Both the position numbers and the translations under genes were made by a program. A stretch of DNA of 64,000 bases from an uncultured bacterium (GTDB taxonomy: Bacteria > Actinomycetota > Acidimicrobiia > Spongiisociales > ZC4RG35): positions 254,908 through 318,907 of the forward strand of contig CAWBVW010000006.1 in NCBI GenBank assembly GCA_963792365.1, written 5' to 3'. Position 1 is the first letter of the stretch. Each line of letters begins with the position of its first letter. This document shows positions 15,948 to 27,300 of this stretch, in pieces. The notes below the pieces were generated by a model. That model made no database searches. It was not told the origin of the DNA and saw nothing but the letters and a program-made list of their open reading frames with translations.

Positions 15948-16525
15948 ACGCGTGATGGCCTCGCCCGGCCGATGGTGAGATACCACCAGAACGCAACTCC
16001 GAACATGATCCGTTGGAGCAGGCCGGCGCCGCCGTCGAGATTGAACATGGCAAGCGGAATCAGTACCGACGCCAGCACCGCCGCCGCGTCGACCAACCGA
16101 ACGGGACGGCGACGACCTAGGCGGTCGAAGAGGCTCGAGACGACGCCGAGGGCGAACGCCACGCCCATGACAGACGCTGCGACCGAGTGCAGTGTGTCCT
16201 GAGTGGCGTCGAACTGAGCGTCGAACCATGGCTTCGACGAAAACGCGGCGGCGCCAAACATGCACACGGCAAAGCCAACGTGCGCGATCGCCGTCAGCTG
16301 ATTCCAGTGTGCCCGCTCGGCCCACGCTCGTGCCATCACGCCAAGCGCCATCGACACGAATCCGAGCCGGGCGATCCACGCACCCGTCACGTTCTGGGCC
16401 GCCGATTCACTCGTAGTGTGGCCGATCCACGAATACGAATCCGGCATCGCCAGCGGAGCGAGACCGAGCAGGATGATCGCCGCGGCCATCAGTGGCGCAA
16501 CCAACCGCTCGGCCGACCAGGTCAT
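15944..16525 (-). CDS. DUF998-like membrane protein
   Basis: YSWIGHTTSESAAQ, LHSVAASVMG, GLLQRIMF; five hydrophobic helices. Confidence 0.7.
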   Translation of the reverse strand: MTWSAERLVAPLMAAAIILLGLAPLAMPDSYSWIGHTTSESAAQNVTGAWIARLGFVSMALGVMARAWAERAHWNQLTAIAHVGFAVCMFGAAAFSSKPWFDAQFDATQDTLHSVAASVMGVAFALGVVSSLFDRLGRRRPVRLVDAAAVLASVLIPLAMFNLDGGAGLLQRIMFGVAFWWYLTIGRARPSRV

Positions 16526-16788
16526 ATCGTCATTGTGGCTCGTGCCAGTGTCATGCGTGGAGGTGCGATGCTCCTAGCCCATCCGGCTCTCCCCCTCGAG
16601 CCGGACCACCTCGGCGTGGTCGGTTTGAGTCGGTCATTGTCCTCCTCCTCTGCTCTCTGGAGGGTGTGGTTCGAGGGTCGCAAACCCGTTTGGCCTTGCG
16701 TACGTGAAATCGCTGGAGAGCTTCTTTGTGCTTGGAATTGGATGCGAATCCGCCATCATGTGTCGCCATGGCCGTGTTCTTTGGGGAA

Positions 16789-17409
16789 ATGCAGACGAGA
16801 TCCGACACGAAGCGCATGAAGGCGGTTGTTTCGGTCGATCGAGGCAACATTCGGCTCTCTTCGGGGTCCACCGAACTGGGGGAGTGGCCGTTGCACTCGG
16901 TACGTCTCGAGGAATACACGGACGCCAGCATTCTCATGGCGGTGGAGGATGAGGAGTTGATCCTGTTCCTCGACGAGCGGCAGAAGTTCATCGGTGAGGT
17001 CGGCCGGTATATGAAGAAGCCCGGCGACGAGAAGCGCCGCCTCAGTCATCCCGCCTTTCGCCGCAACGACGAACCTGAGGGCCCCACCCTCGGGGAGGAG
17101 TTGAAAGACGACGTGAGCCGAGAGATGGCTCCCATCATCAATGAGGCAAAGGACTGGCTCGACCGTATACCGAGGGGGCGTCCCTTGTGGATTGCCGGAA
17201 TCGTCTTCGTGTTGCTGTTGATCTTTCTGCCCCAACCGATCGCTTTCGTGACCCTCATCGGAGGTGCCGTGGCCTTGCTGATCGGCGGCTTCGCCTACGC
17301 CGACGACCGTTTTGCCCTCAGGATTCCGAACCCGATCACGCCCGTGCAGCTGGTGGCGGGAGGTGGCGTCGCCCTGATCGTCGGGCTGGTTGTGTTGGCG
17401 ATCGCCTGA
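16789..17409 (+). CDS. Hypothetical protein with C-terminal membrane anchors (start uncertain)
   Basis: Long ORF with a soluble N-domain and three C-terminal TM segments. Confidence 0.6.
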   Translation: MQTRSDTKRMKAVVSVDRGNIRLSSGSTELGEWPLHSVRLEEYTDASILMAVEDEELILFLDERQKFIGEVGRYMKKPGDEKRRLSHPAFRRNDEPEGPTLGEELKDDVSREMAPIINEAKDWLDRIPRGRPLWIAGIVFVLLLIFLPQPIAFVTLIGGAVALLIGGFAYADDRFALRIPNPITPVQLVAGGGVALIVGLVVLAIA

Positions 17410-17411
17410 CG

Positions 17412-18197
17412 TCAGCCGCTCAGGAGCCTCCTGGTCTCTTCATCTGCGGGGTAGAAGAGCTCGATCAACATCTCGTCGATGGTGATGTCCTGCGGCGTGC
17501 CGAATGCAGTCAAGGTCGTGAAGAAGGACATCGCACGACCGTCGACCTCCAACTGGAACGGCATCAAGAGCTCCGGCGTCGGTGGCATCCGGCGGTCTTC
17601 GAGCTCCATCACCGTCGGATACGAACTCACCTCTTCGAGCAGTTCGGCGAGATTGCGATTGCCCGTGGTCGCCAGATCGCGCCGAAGCTGACGGATCAGA
17701 TGCCCAGCCCAATCGTCGAAGTTCACGGTGTGTCGAGCGAGGCCATCGGGGTGCAGTGACAACCGATACACGTTGAGTGGTGGTTGGAGCAGATGGGCCG
17801 GCAGCATCGAGATGAGGAGACCGGCCGACTGGTTGCTGCTGACCACATTCCACGCCCGGTCGACGACCACGCCCGGATAGGGGTTGTGTGCGGCGAGCAG
17901 GCGCTCGATCGCGGACTGCACAACGGCCGACGCCGGTGCCTCGAGGCGGGTCTCTGCGTACCTAGGTGCGAACCCGGCGGCCAACAGCATGGTGTTCTGT
18001 TCTCGAAGGGGTACCTCGAGCTCGATGCCGAGCGCCAAGACCAGCTCAGGGCTCGGTCGAGATCGGCCCGTTTCGACGAAGCTCAGATGGCGGGCCGAGA
18101 CACCCACCCGGTGGGCGAGGTCGAGCTGGCTGATGCGTCGACGTGAGCGCCAGTCTCTGACCAGCACACCGATGGGGTCCCTGTTCATGTTGTTCAT
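17412..18197 (-). CDS. XRE-family HTH regulator with MmyB-like ligand-binding domain
   Basis: RDWRSRRRISQLDLAHRVGVSARHLSFVETGRSRPS; HNPYPGVVVDRAWNVV; FFTTLTAFGTPQDITIDEMLIELFYPADE. Confidence 0.92.
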   Translation of the reverse strand: MNNMNRDPIGVLVRDWRSRRRISQLDLAHRVGVSARHLSFVETGRSRPSPELVLALGIELEVPLREQNTMLLAAGFAPRYAETRLEAPASAVVQSAIERLLAAHNPYPGVVVDRAWNVVSSNQSAGLLISMLPAHLLQPPLNVYRLSLHPDGLARHTVNFDDWAGHLIRQLRRDLATTGNRNLAELLEEVSSYPTVMELEDRRMPPTPELLMPFQLEVDGRAMSFFTTLTAFGTPQDITIDEMLIELFYPADEETRRLLSG

Positions 18198-18293
18198 GAA
18201 AGTCGGCCCGGATCAGGGTGTCGATTACCTGATGGGTAATCGACGAGCGGCGTTGGTTCCGAGACAGTGACACGACCTGAAGAGAGGAATCAC

Positions 18294-18695
18294 ATGAGCA
18301 GGGAAAACCTGATGCTGCTGCTCCGGATCGACTCGGCCGCGAACTTCGGCCTGGCTGCTGGGCTCATCGTCTTTGCATCGAGCGTCACCGACGGGCTGGG
18401 CTTGGGGTCGGCTGCGCCGGTTTGGGTCTTGGCCGCGGGTGTCGGCGTCAACGCCGTCTGGCTGCGCAGCATGGCTTCGTCGGCTCGATCCTCCGTCGTC
18501 CGGTGGAGTGGGTGCATCGACCTGGCCTTCGTCGGCTTGGCGTCCATGGTGGCGCTCAATGCCGGAGCAGCCGGATGGCTGCGCGTGATCGCAGCCCTGA
18601 TGGCGGTGTCGGTCGCAATCGTGGGTGTCGCCAAGCTCGCAATGGCACACGTGTTCGACATGCCCGTTTCCGGCGGGGTCAGGACGAGCGCCTGA
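18294..18695 (+). CDS. Hypothetical membrane protein
   Basis: LLLRIDSAANFGLAAG, four TM helices; divergent from the XRE regulator; AGAGGA RBS. Confidence 0.65.
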   Translation: MSRENLMLLLRIDSAANFGLAAGLIVFASSVTDGLGLGSAAPVWVLAAGVGVNAVWLRSMASSARSSVVRWSGCIDLAFVGLASMVALNAGAAGWLRVIAALMAVSVAIVGVAKLAMAHVFDMPVSGGVRTSA

Positions 18696-18710
18696 ACGCA
18701 CCTCGACGTG

Positions 18711-18968
18711 TCATCCCTCGACTGCGAAGACGCGGTCTTCGGCGTGGGCGCGGTCGGCGGCGCTGAGCCGCAGCTCGAACCTCGTCCAACCGTTCTGGCG
18801 ACGATCGGAGATCTCCCCACCGGAGACGCCAGCCAGACCGCGCACGACACCCAGTCCCATGCCCAGTGAACCGGTGGTCAGCGGTGCCGTACCCTCGTGC
18901 GCGAACGCCGTAAGTGGGTCGCCGTCGGCACCTTGAATGCCCTCATCGTCGTCGGCGACGACGATCAC
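18711..18968 (-). pseudogene. Fragment of a histidine-kinase-like HATPase_c domain
   Basis: VIVVADDDEGI (G1-like) and GSLGMGLGVVRGLAGVSGGEIS...TRFELRL (G2 box); upstream sequence does not give an intact kinase. Confidence 0.45.
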
Positions 18969-19286
18969 GTACCGATTCCCCTCGATGCGGCCGGCCCAGC
19001 GGCATTGGTGCTCGGTCCCCTGATGACCCGGGGAATTGTGCTCGAGGCGATGATCTCGGCAGGCTCTGGCCTGCTCGCTCCCACGGTGCTGCTCGTCGGA
19101 CAGTTCCTTATCCTCGTGTGGGACAGAACGGACGCAGGCTATCGTTTCCGCCGCCGATTCTCAGAACCGCCGGCAGCCGCCTGAGCGTCGGCCGACCTGA
19201 GCCACGGTACGGCATCATTGTCGAGGTAGTGGTGAACCGATGTGGCGCCCGCTCCGTATATGCACACAAGGAGAGAAGGGATTCTT

Positions 19287-20198
19287 ATGCGCATGAGGCT
19301 CACGGGCTTGCTCGCCGCGTTGTTGTTGGTCGTCACCGCGGCGCCGGCAGCGGCCACCGGTTCTTCGTTCCCAGATGTGATCGAACTACCCGGAGGGTTC
19401 TTCCCGGAGGGAATAGCCGTCGGGCGCGGCTCGACGGTGTACACCGGGTCGTTGGTCGACGGTGCGATCTGGCGTGGTGACCTTCGCAAGGGCACCGGAG
19501 ATGTGTTCATCCAGGGCGTCGAAGGCCGCATTGCGGTTGGGCTCGATTTCGACCGCCGGAGCGGCAATCTCTGGGTCGCGGGCGGGCCCGGCGGTGAAGG
19601 TCGTGTCTATGACGGGCGAACCGGTGCAGAACTAGAGGTCATCCCGCTGGCGCCCGGATTCATCAACGATGTCATCGTCACTCGCACGGCGGCCTACTTC
19701 ACGAACTCGGCGGCACCGGAGATCTACGCAGTGCCCCTCGATCGGCGAGGCAACGTAGCCGGACCGGTGCAGACGATCGCGCTCGGCGGTGCGTTCCAGT
19801 TCGAGGAAGGACAGTTCAACGCGAATGGCATCGAGGCCACCCGGGACGGCAAGACTCTCATCGTCGTCAACAGCTTCTTCGGTGAGATCTACACCGTGGA
19901 TCCGGCAACGGGATACGCCGACCTCATCGATCTCGGCGGCGCAGTGGTCAACGGTGACGGCCTGGTGCTCGCCGGACGCACGCTGTATGCCGTCGAGGGC
20001 GGCAAGAACCAGATCACCAAGATCCGGTTGTCGCCGAGTCTCGGCAGCGGCGTGGTGGTCGATGCCCTCACGAGCCCTGCGTTCGATGTGCCGACCACGG
20101 CGGCGTTGTTCGGGGAGAGCCTGTACGCAGTGAACGCGAAGTTCGGCACTCCGCCGACACCTGCCACGCCCTACGAAATCGTACGAGTAGACCGCTGA
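19287..20198 (+). CDS. Secreted beta-propeller protein (SMP-30/gluconolactonase/NHL-like)
   Basis: Signal peptide; FPEGIA, FINDVIV, NANGIEAT, NGDGLVL and FDVPTT propeller motifs. Confidence 0.8.
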   Translation: MRMRLTGLLAALLLVVTAAPAAATGSSFPDVIELPGGFFPEGIAVGRGSTVYTGSLVDGAIWRGDLRKGTGDVFIQGVEGRIAVGLDFDRRSGNLWVAGGPGGEGRVYDGRTGAELEVIPLAPGFINDVIVTRTAAYFTNSAAPEIYAVPLDRRGNVAGPVQTIALGGAFQFEEGQFNANGIEATRDGKTLIVVNSFFGEIYTVDPATGYADLIDLGGAVVNGDGLVLAGRTLYAVEGGKNQITKIRLSPSLGSGVVVDALTSPAFDVPTTAALFGESLYAVNAKFGTPPTPATPYEIVRVDR

Positions 20199-20217
20199 CG
20201 ACGGCTGGTCGACAGTG

Positions 20218-20247
20218 GCGCCCGCCCGGAATCAGCCGGGCGGGCGC
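20218..20247 (+). terminator. Hairpin terminator
   Basis: GCGCCCGCCCGG-aatcag-CCGGGCGGGCGC, 12-bp perfect stem 20 nt after the stop. Confidence 0.7.
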
Positions 20248-20288
20248 TGCCACGACGACACGAACGCGACGTGCGACGTATCGTCGGG

Positions 20289-20870
20289 ATGGTGACGGAC
20301 GGAACACTGCGCATCACAGGTGACGAGGCGGCAGATCGTCTGCTCAACAGCGATGGCACCGCCCTGTTGATCGGTATGTTGTTGGATCAGCAGGTTCCAA
20401 TGGAGTGGGCGTTCCGAGGGCCGGCCACGCTGGCCGAGCGGATGGGCGGATTGGACGCCGGACGGATCTCGGCGATGGACAAGGAGGAGTTTGTGTCCAT
20501 TTGCGCTGCGAAGCCGGCCATCCACCGGTTCCCGGCGTCGATGGGACGTCGGATCCATGACCTCTGTACGGTCCTCGTCGAGGAGTACGGCGGAGACGGC
20601 GCCAACGTGTGGGCGGATGTCGAGTCCGGCACAGAGTTGCGCAAGCGGCTCTCAGGGCTGCCCGGTTTCGGAGTCGAGAAGACGAAGATATTCATCGCCC
20701 TTCTCGCCAAGCGGATGAACCTGTCGCCGGTCGGATGGCAGGAGGCCGCCTCCCCGTTCTCCGACGGCGAACCCCGTTCGGCCGCCGACGTGCACGACGA
20801 TGCGTCTCTCGCCCTGGTCCGTGAGTGGAAACGAAGCCAGAAGGCGAAGGGCAAGTCGAAGCAGGAGTGA
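20289..20870 (+). CDS. HhH-GPD-type base-excision repair family protein (actinobacterial)
   Basis: LLIGMLLDQQVPMEWAF, KPAIHRFPASM, LPGFGVEKTKIFIALLAKR. Confidence 0.88.
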   Translation: MVTDGTLRITGDEAADRLLNSDGTALLIGMLLDQQVPMEWAFRGPATLAERMGGLDAGRISAMDKEEFVSICAAKPAIHRFPASMGRRIHDLCTVLVEEYGGDGANVWADVESGTELRKRLSGLPGFGVEKTKIFIALLAKRMNLSPVGWQEAASPFSDGEPRSAADVHDDASLALVREWKRSQKAKGKSKQE

Positions 20871-21020
20871 CCCGTGCGTTTGGGCTGGTGTCAGGCGGCC
20901 CTACCGGTGGCGCGATCGGTGCTCCATGATCGATGCATGGTTCATGACTCCCGACTCCTGAGGCCCGATCGGCTTGTGGTCCACGAAGGCGAGCGCCGAC
21001 CGAGACGAAGGAGCACCGGT

Positions 21021-21320
21021 ATGCGCCGACACCTGAGATGGCTCGCGCTGGCTCTTCTCGTCGTGGTGGTCACGGCTTGCGCGGCCGGGACGAATCCTTC
21101 GCTCGACGTGGCGTCCGGCGATGGCGACGTTGCTGGATTCTGGCTTGGGCTGTGGCACGGGATCATCGTGCCGTTCACATTCGTCATCTCGTTGTTCTCC
21201 GATGGTGTCTCGATCTACGAGGTGCACAACAACGGCGGCTGGTACGACTTTGGCTTCGTGCTGGGGGCCGGGACGTTCCTCGGTGGCAGTGGCGCCGGGG
21301 CCAAGGGTGCTCGTCGTTGA
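21021..21320 (+). CDS. Small conserved lipoprotein/membrane protein
   Basis: Lipobox VTAC; AGFWLGLWHGII.PFTFVISLF....SIYEVHNNGGWYDFGF. Confidence 0.75.
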   Translation: MRRHLRWLALALLVVVVTACAAGTNPSLDVASGDGDVAGFWLGLWHGIIVPFTFVISLFSDGVSIYEVHNNGGWYDFGFVLGAGTFLGGSGAGAKGARR

Positions 21321-21445
21321 CAGCGATGTCGTTTGGGCGGCCACCTCGCCAACAGCGACTGATGGTCTGAGCGTCAAAAAGCGCTAAACATCGTTGTAAA
21401 CCTTTGAGGGTTGACAATCCCACCGGAACGGGTAGCCTTGCCGCC

Positions 21446-22095
21446 ATGCGGAGAGGGGTACCCGTTCTTTTGGTGCTGGCGCTCGTCGTCGGTTGCTCGT
21501 CAAGCGGCGCAACCGGATCGACGACGACCACCGAAGCACCACCGACCACTGTGGAGACCACCACCACCACACAGGTCACGACCACCACGGTCGAAGCGAC
21601 CACCACGACCACCGAGCCGCCGACGACCACGAGCGTCGACGACACCATCCCTTACCCCGACAACACCGGTACAGACTGGTTCAAGATCGTCACCGAACTC
21701 GAGGCGTTCGGCGGGTGGCTCTTCGAGCACCCTGATCCCGACCTGAGTGGAGTACACCTCCGAACCCGGAAGCCCAGACTACGAATGGTTGCGGGCGGAA
21801 TCATCGAAGAGTACGCCGCCAAGGGTTGGCGCGATCTCCCAGGTGGCCGTGCTGAGATCTTGGCTGCGGAGTTTGCCTCTGGTGTCCATCGACGACGGCA
21901 GGTGTGATTCTCAGGGTGGCTTCCGCGTTTGATGGGTCGACGACCGTCGACGGAGCAGGCACAGTGGTTGCCGGACCACGCCGGCTCGGGAACCGCAAGT
22001 GCTCTCGACCTGGGTCTTGCGTGGGAGCCCAGACGGTGGATGGATGGCTCTGTGAGGACACTTCGTTTGTGGGACCTTACGAGGAGATCCGATGA
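21446..22095 (+). CDS. Lipoprotein with Thr-rich linker; apparently frameshifted several times as given
   Basis: Lipobox VVGC and TTTT-rich linker; plausible continuation in alternate frames (EYTSEPGSPDYEW; VILRVASAFDG). Confidence 0.5.
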
Positions 22096-23200
22096 GTGAT
22101 TCGTCGTACTACGTACTGGTTGACCCTCGTCTCACGGTACTGATTGCCCTTCCGGCTTCTGCGGGGTGGACGAGGTGGGGAGGAGTGGAGTGACAACGTC
22201 GTCCAGCGGTGACCGGATCACCGCCGACATCTTCCGGATCGCATCCGACGGTGAGCAGCGTTTCGATCTGGCGGAGTATTGCTTCGACGTGTTCGCCGGG
22301 CGTGAGAACGCTCATGAAGTCCAGCGGCGGATCCAGGCGAACGACGACGCCGAGGCGGCGGGGGACGAACTCCCGTATCCCGACGTTCTTGCGGACCTTC
22401 CGTACGCAGGTGTCATCCCGAACGCCGATGGTGATGTGCGGCCGTGTCTCGGGACATCGGCTCGGCTGGCCTCGGACCCGCCCGACCCTCCGTGCCAGTT
22501 CGGCGAGATCAAGGCGGTTGTCGGGTACTACTACTACGACCTGGCCGGCCGAGACTTCGTGTTCCTGTCGTCCGAGGACTACACGGCCTATCGAGACCGC
22601 GGCGGTGACTCCGGGGTGTGGGACACCGAATACGTGTGCCTTGCCGTCATCGATGAGGATGATCTGACTGCGTCGTTCGACGAACTGCTGGTGGCGCCGG
22701 CGTTCTGGAAGTCTCCGCACGTGGTCGGTCTCACCGGTCTGGACACCTGGGTCTGGTACGACTTCACCATTCCGGAGTCGCACACGCTACGCCGCGACTT
22801 CACCGTCGACGCCGACGGGCTCCCGCTGGGTGTCCTGGCCACGATCTGGGTCGACCTCGTGCGGTGGGACATGGACGGTGACGGGGAGTGGGACGTGGAA
22901 GTCGACCTGCCCGACTCGGAGCTCGCACCTGCTGCCCACGCCGAATACGTCGAGGTCGGCGGCTCCGATTCCGAGGCGGAGACGGCCGGGACCTGGCTGT
23001 ACGAGACAAAAGGCACGTATCCGGTGACCGTCGAGATCGAGTGGCGGGGCATCTACGAGTTCGTGAACTATCCGGGCAACGACAGCTTCTACGACCCGCT
23101 GTTCGCTTCGAGCATCAACGACTATCAGGTATGCGAGCTGCGTGGCGTGCTCATCGAAGAGGACGGCCCCAACGCCGTCGACTCCTGCACCGCACCCTGA
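22092..23200 (+). CDS. Secreted acidic protein with C-terminal PKD-like domain (start region possibly frameshifted near 22165)
   Basis: GLTGLDTWVWY, VRWDMDGDG and YETKGTYPVTVEIEWRG resemble actinobacterial 'ATP/GTP-binding protein'/PKD-like secreted proteins; no Walker A seen. Confidence 0.55.
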
Positions 23201-23275
23201 TCGCTCATCGGTCACGGCCGGCGCTCCTCGTCGGGCCGTCGGCAGCGAGGCCTCCCACGCCTAGATTGGCAGCCG

Positions 23276-23680
23276 ATGGAGACGATCTACGAGCGTGTCG
23301 GAGGCGATGAGTTCTTCTACAGGTTGGTCGACGCCTTCTATCAAGGCGTTTCCGGTGACGAACCGCTTGCCTCGATGTATCCCGAAGCTCCCGACTTCGA
23401 CGGTGCTCGACACCGGCTGACGTTGTTCTTGATCCAGTATTGGGGCGGTCCGACCACATACATGGAGGAGCGGGGCCATCCTCGTCTCCGGATGCGCCAC
23501 TTCCCGTTCCCGATCGGACCCGATGCGGTGGACCGATGGCTCACCCACATGCGAGCAGCGGTGGGCGAGGTCTCCGGAGCGCTGGAAGACGGCGAAGCGA
23601 TCGCAGTGGAGCTGATGGCCTACTTCGAGCCCGCAGCCAACCAGATGAGAAACAACGGCCTGTCGATTCGTCACGGTTGA
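23276..23680 (+). CDS. glbO: Group II truncated hemoglobin
   Basis: YERVGG..FFYRLVDAFY, FLIQYWGGP..Y...RGHPRLRMRH, RWLTHM. Confidence 0.92.
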   Translation: METIYERVGGDEFFYRLVDAFYQGVSGDEPLASMYPEAPDFDGARHRLTLFLIQYWGGPTTYMEERGHPRLRMRHFPFPIGPDAVDRWLTHMRAAVGEVSGALEDGEAIAVELMAYFEPAANQMRNNGLSIRHG

Positions 23681-23776
23681 TCGAGCGGCCGACCCTGCGT
23701 CGTCTTCCTCATCCTGGGTATCCACAGCCTTCCTGCGGCGTCTTTGTGTGACTGATGCCAACAAGGAGGCATTTCG

Positions 23777-24043
23777 ATGCATCAGTTTCAGCAATGGGAC
23801 ATAGCCGAACAGCGTGTCGAAGCGAGGCGTAGTGAGGCTGAGGCACGTCGGCAGCGGAAAGCTGCTCGGCGCGTTCGAGCCCGTCGTCGCCATGGCCTCG
23901 TCGGCCGGCGCCGGCGGACTCTCGTTGGTCCGGGTACCCACCTTCCGGCCGACGGTACGACAGGGCTCAGCCCGGTGACGACGGATCCCATCGGCTGGTC
24001 GATGCATCACGACGCGACGCCGCTCGAAGGCAAGGCGGCCTGA
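23777..24043 (+). CDS. Small hypothetical protein
   Basis: 88-aa ORF with a strong AAGGAGG RBS. Confidence 0.45.
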   Translation: MHQFQQWDIAEQRVEARRSEAEARRQRKAARRVRARRRHGLVGRRRRTLVGPGTHLPADGTTGLSPVTTDPIGWSMHHDATPLEGKAA

Positions 24044-24387
24044 TCGATTGGGCGGGCCTCGGGCGCTCGGCCGACCAAGGCACTGCTACATACGTCGGTC
24101 AGAGGTTCAACGGGACGATCGGTACTGACGGAGCACCCCTGCCAGCCAGCCCCGATCGTCCCGTCGAGCCTTCGGACCCCTCCGGCACCACCCAGGCCCC
24201 AAGACCGTCTCACATTCGTGCACCACAGCCCGGCCATGCAAGAGGAAAGACTACATCTCCTCTGAGACCTGGATCGAGGACCGGGCACGGATGACAGCTC
24301 ACCGCCGAGTTTCGTGTCACCAGCCGACGCTACGGTGACGCAACCGATGATTCGGATAGTGGATGACGGTTCGGGAAGGGGTCAGAG

Positions 24388-27300
24388 ATGGGTGTAGCGG
24401 TGCATGTCGGTTCGCATCCCGATGCCTTGGTCGCCACCCTGGCCGAACGTCTTCGGGCAGACCCTCTGGACCCGTTCACGTCGGAGATCATCGCCGTCCC
24501 GACCCGTGGCATCGAACGATGGCTCACCCAGCGGATCGCTCTCGAGCTCGCCGATGTCGCCGGCGGGATCGCAGCGAACATCGAGTTCCCCTCCCCTCAG
24601 GAATTCATCAGGCACATGATCGGGCAGCTGCCCGAGCTGAGTGCGTCGTTCGAGACTTGGGAGGGCCCGGCGTTCCGTGCCGCCGTGATGGCTGTGATCG
24701 ACGACGAGCTCCACCAGCCGTGGATGGTGGTGCTGCGGCGGCACCTGGCGGCCACGACGTCGTCGAGGATGGCGGCGGCGGCGAAGATCTCGCGCCTCTT
24801 CGTGTCATACGCCCGTCGCCGTCCGACGATGATCTCGTCGTGGGCTGCAGGTGGGGAGGTGGGGCCTTCGGGTGAGGCCCTCGACGATCACCAGCTCTGG
24901 CAGCCGCGGCTGTGGAGAGCACTTCGAGAGCGCATCGGACTGCCGTCCGTCCCGGAGCTCGGTCTTGCTGCACTCGGCCCGCTCTGGGACGGCGGGGCCG
25001 ACCTGCCGAAACGCCTGTCGGTGTACGGGTTGACCGCGACGGACCCCTTCGACCTCGCCGTGTTCGAAGCGGTCGGCCGTACCACCGACGTCCACCTGCA
25101 CGTGTTGCATCCGTCGCCTGCGCTGTGGGAGGCGGTCGCCGGCCACGGTGCCGTCGACCTGGAACGCGGCGCGGACACCTCGGTCCGAGAAGCGGCCCAC
25201 CCACTGCTTCGTTCGTGGGGGCGTGACAGCCGTGAACTGCAACTCGTGCTGAGCGAGGCCGGATTGACCGGGGCCGGGGAACATGTGCACCTCCAGGCGA
25301 CACCCGCTCCCGTGCCCGTCTCCCTGTTGGGAAGGCTCCAGGCCGACATTCGAGACAACCAGCCCGCTTCGCATGCTCCGCTGGATCCGATGGACCGTTC
25401 GGTCCAGATCCATGTGTGTCACGGCGCCCGCCGTCAGGTGGAGGTCTTGCGCGACGCCATCCTCCACATCCTCGCCGACGACCCGACCATCGAGCCACGA
25501 GACGTCGTCATCATGACCCCCGACCTGGCCGGTTTCGCTCCGCTGCTCGAGGCCGGCTTCCCGCAGGCCGGGTCCGATGTGCTCCCCGACCTACGCGTGA
25601 GGATCGCCGATCGATCGCCGTCCGCCACCAATCCGCTGGTTCGCTTCGGCGCCGGAATCCTCGACCTGGCCGACAGCCGGTTGGAGGCCGCTGCCGTTCG
25701 CGAGTTGGTCACAAGGCCAATCGTTCAGAACAGGTTCGGGTTCGATGCCGACACCGCCGGATCGATCGTGCGGATCATCGACGACGCCACGATTGCCTGG
25801 GGCCTGGATGCAGACCACCGCCGCAAGTGGGGTATCGAGGACATCGCCGAGCGGACATGGCGGCGAGGCCTCGACCGCGCCCTGGCGGGTGTCTTCTACA
25901 CCGATAGCCCCGTCAGGGTGGTCGGCGACGTCGCCCCGTTGGACGGTGTCGAAGGTCAGGACGCCCGGCCGGTGGGCATCCTCGCTGCCATCATCGATCG
26001 TGTGACAGCCATCAGCGCTCGTCTCTCCGAGACGATGCCGCTGTCGGAATGGGCGGCGGCCATCGCTGCCTCCACCCGGATGCTCGCCGACCCTGGGTGG
26101 GACGACGAGTGGCAGTGGAATCAGTTGGAACGTCTGCTCACCGAGACCTTTCCAAGAACCGACGCCGCCGATCCCCCCGTGACCCTCGCCGAAGCCAGAC
26201 AGGCGATGAAGTCGTGGACCGACGACCGTCCAAGCCCTTTGATGTTCCGGACGGGAGATGTGACCGTGTGCACGCTCGTGCCGATGCGTTCGGTGCCCTA
26301 TCGCGTGGTGTGTCTGCTCGGAATGGACGACGACCGGTTCCCGCGCCGGGGACGCTCCGACGGTGACGACCTTCTGGTCGGACACGAGCGGGTGGGCGAT
26401 CACGCCCGGCCGAGCGAGGATCGCCAGCTGCTGCTCGACGCGGTGATGGCGGCTGGTGACCATCTCGTCGTCACCTACTCCGGGCGGGACGAGATCACCA
26501 ACGCGGAGTACCCGCCCGCAGTCCCCATCTCCGAGCTCGGCGACGTGCTCTCGGCGATGACAGGCCGCCCGATCGCCGAGCTCGAGACCCGGCACCCGCT
26601 CCAGTCGTTCAGCGAGGCCGTGTTCACTCCGGAAGCACTCGGCGTGACCGGGCCGTGGGGCTTCGATCCGATCCAGCTCGCTGGGGCACACGCCGTGCAG
26701 CGTCGGATGCAGCCGTCGCTCGACATGGAAGTGCCATGGCCGCCTCGCGATCCTCCCGACGTGGTCAGGCTCAGTGACCTCCACCGCTTCCTCACGAACC
26801 CGGTCCGTGGCTTTGTCCGCGCGTCGCTCGGATTCGGGATTCCCGACGTCGCGGAGCTGGCGGACGATGCCGTGCCGGTCGAACTCGGCGGCCTGCAGTC
26901 GTGGGCGCTCAAGGATCGACTGATCGAGGGCTTGGCCCGAGGTCACGACCTCGAATCACTCCTTGCCCGGGAGCGAGGGGCCGACGCCCTACCTCCGGCC
27001 CGGCTCGCCGAACGCGAGATCGACAAGGCCCGCACCGATGTCGAAGCTCTGTGGACTGCGGCCGTGGGCCGTGGCTATCACCGTGCACATCATCGGCGAT
27101 ACACCGGGTCGTTGAACGTGAACGGACGTCTCGTCGAGGGCTCGGTGATCGCCGACCCCCGCGAGTCCCATCTGCCGCTCATCACCCCGTCCCGTATCAA
27201 GGCCTCGCACCGACTTCGGTCGTTCGTCGAGCTGTGCTTCTTGACGGCTCTCGAGCCCGAACACCCCTGGCATGCCTTGATGCTGACGCGCCAAGCCCGG

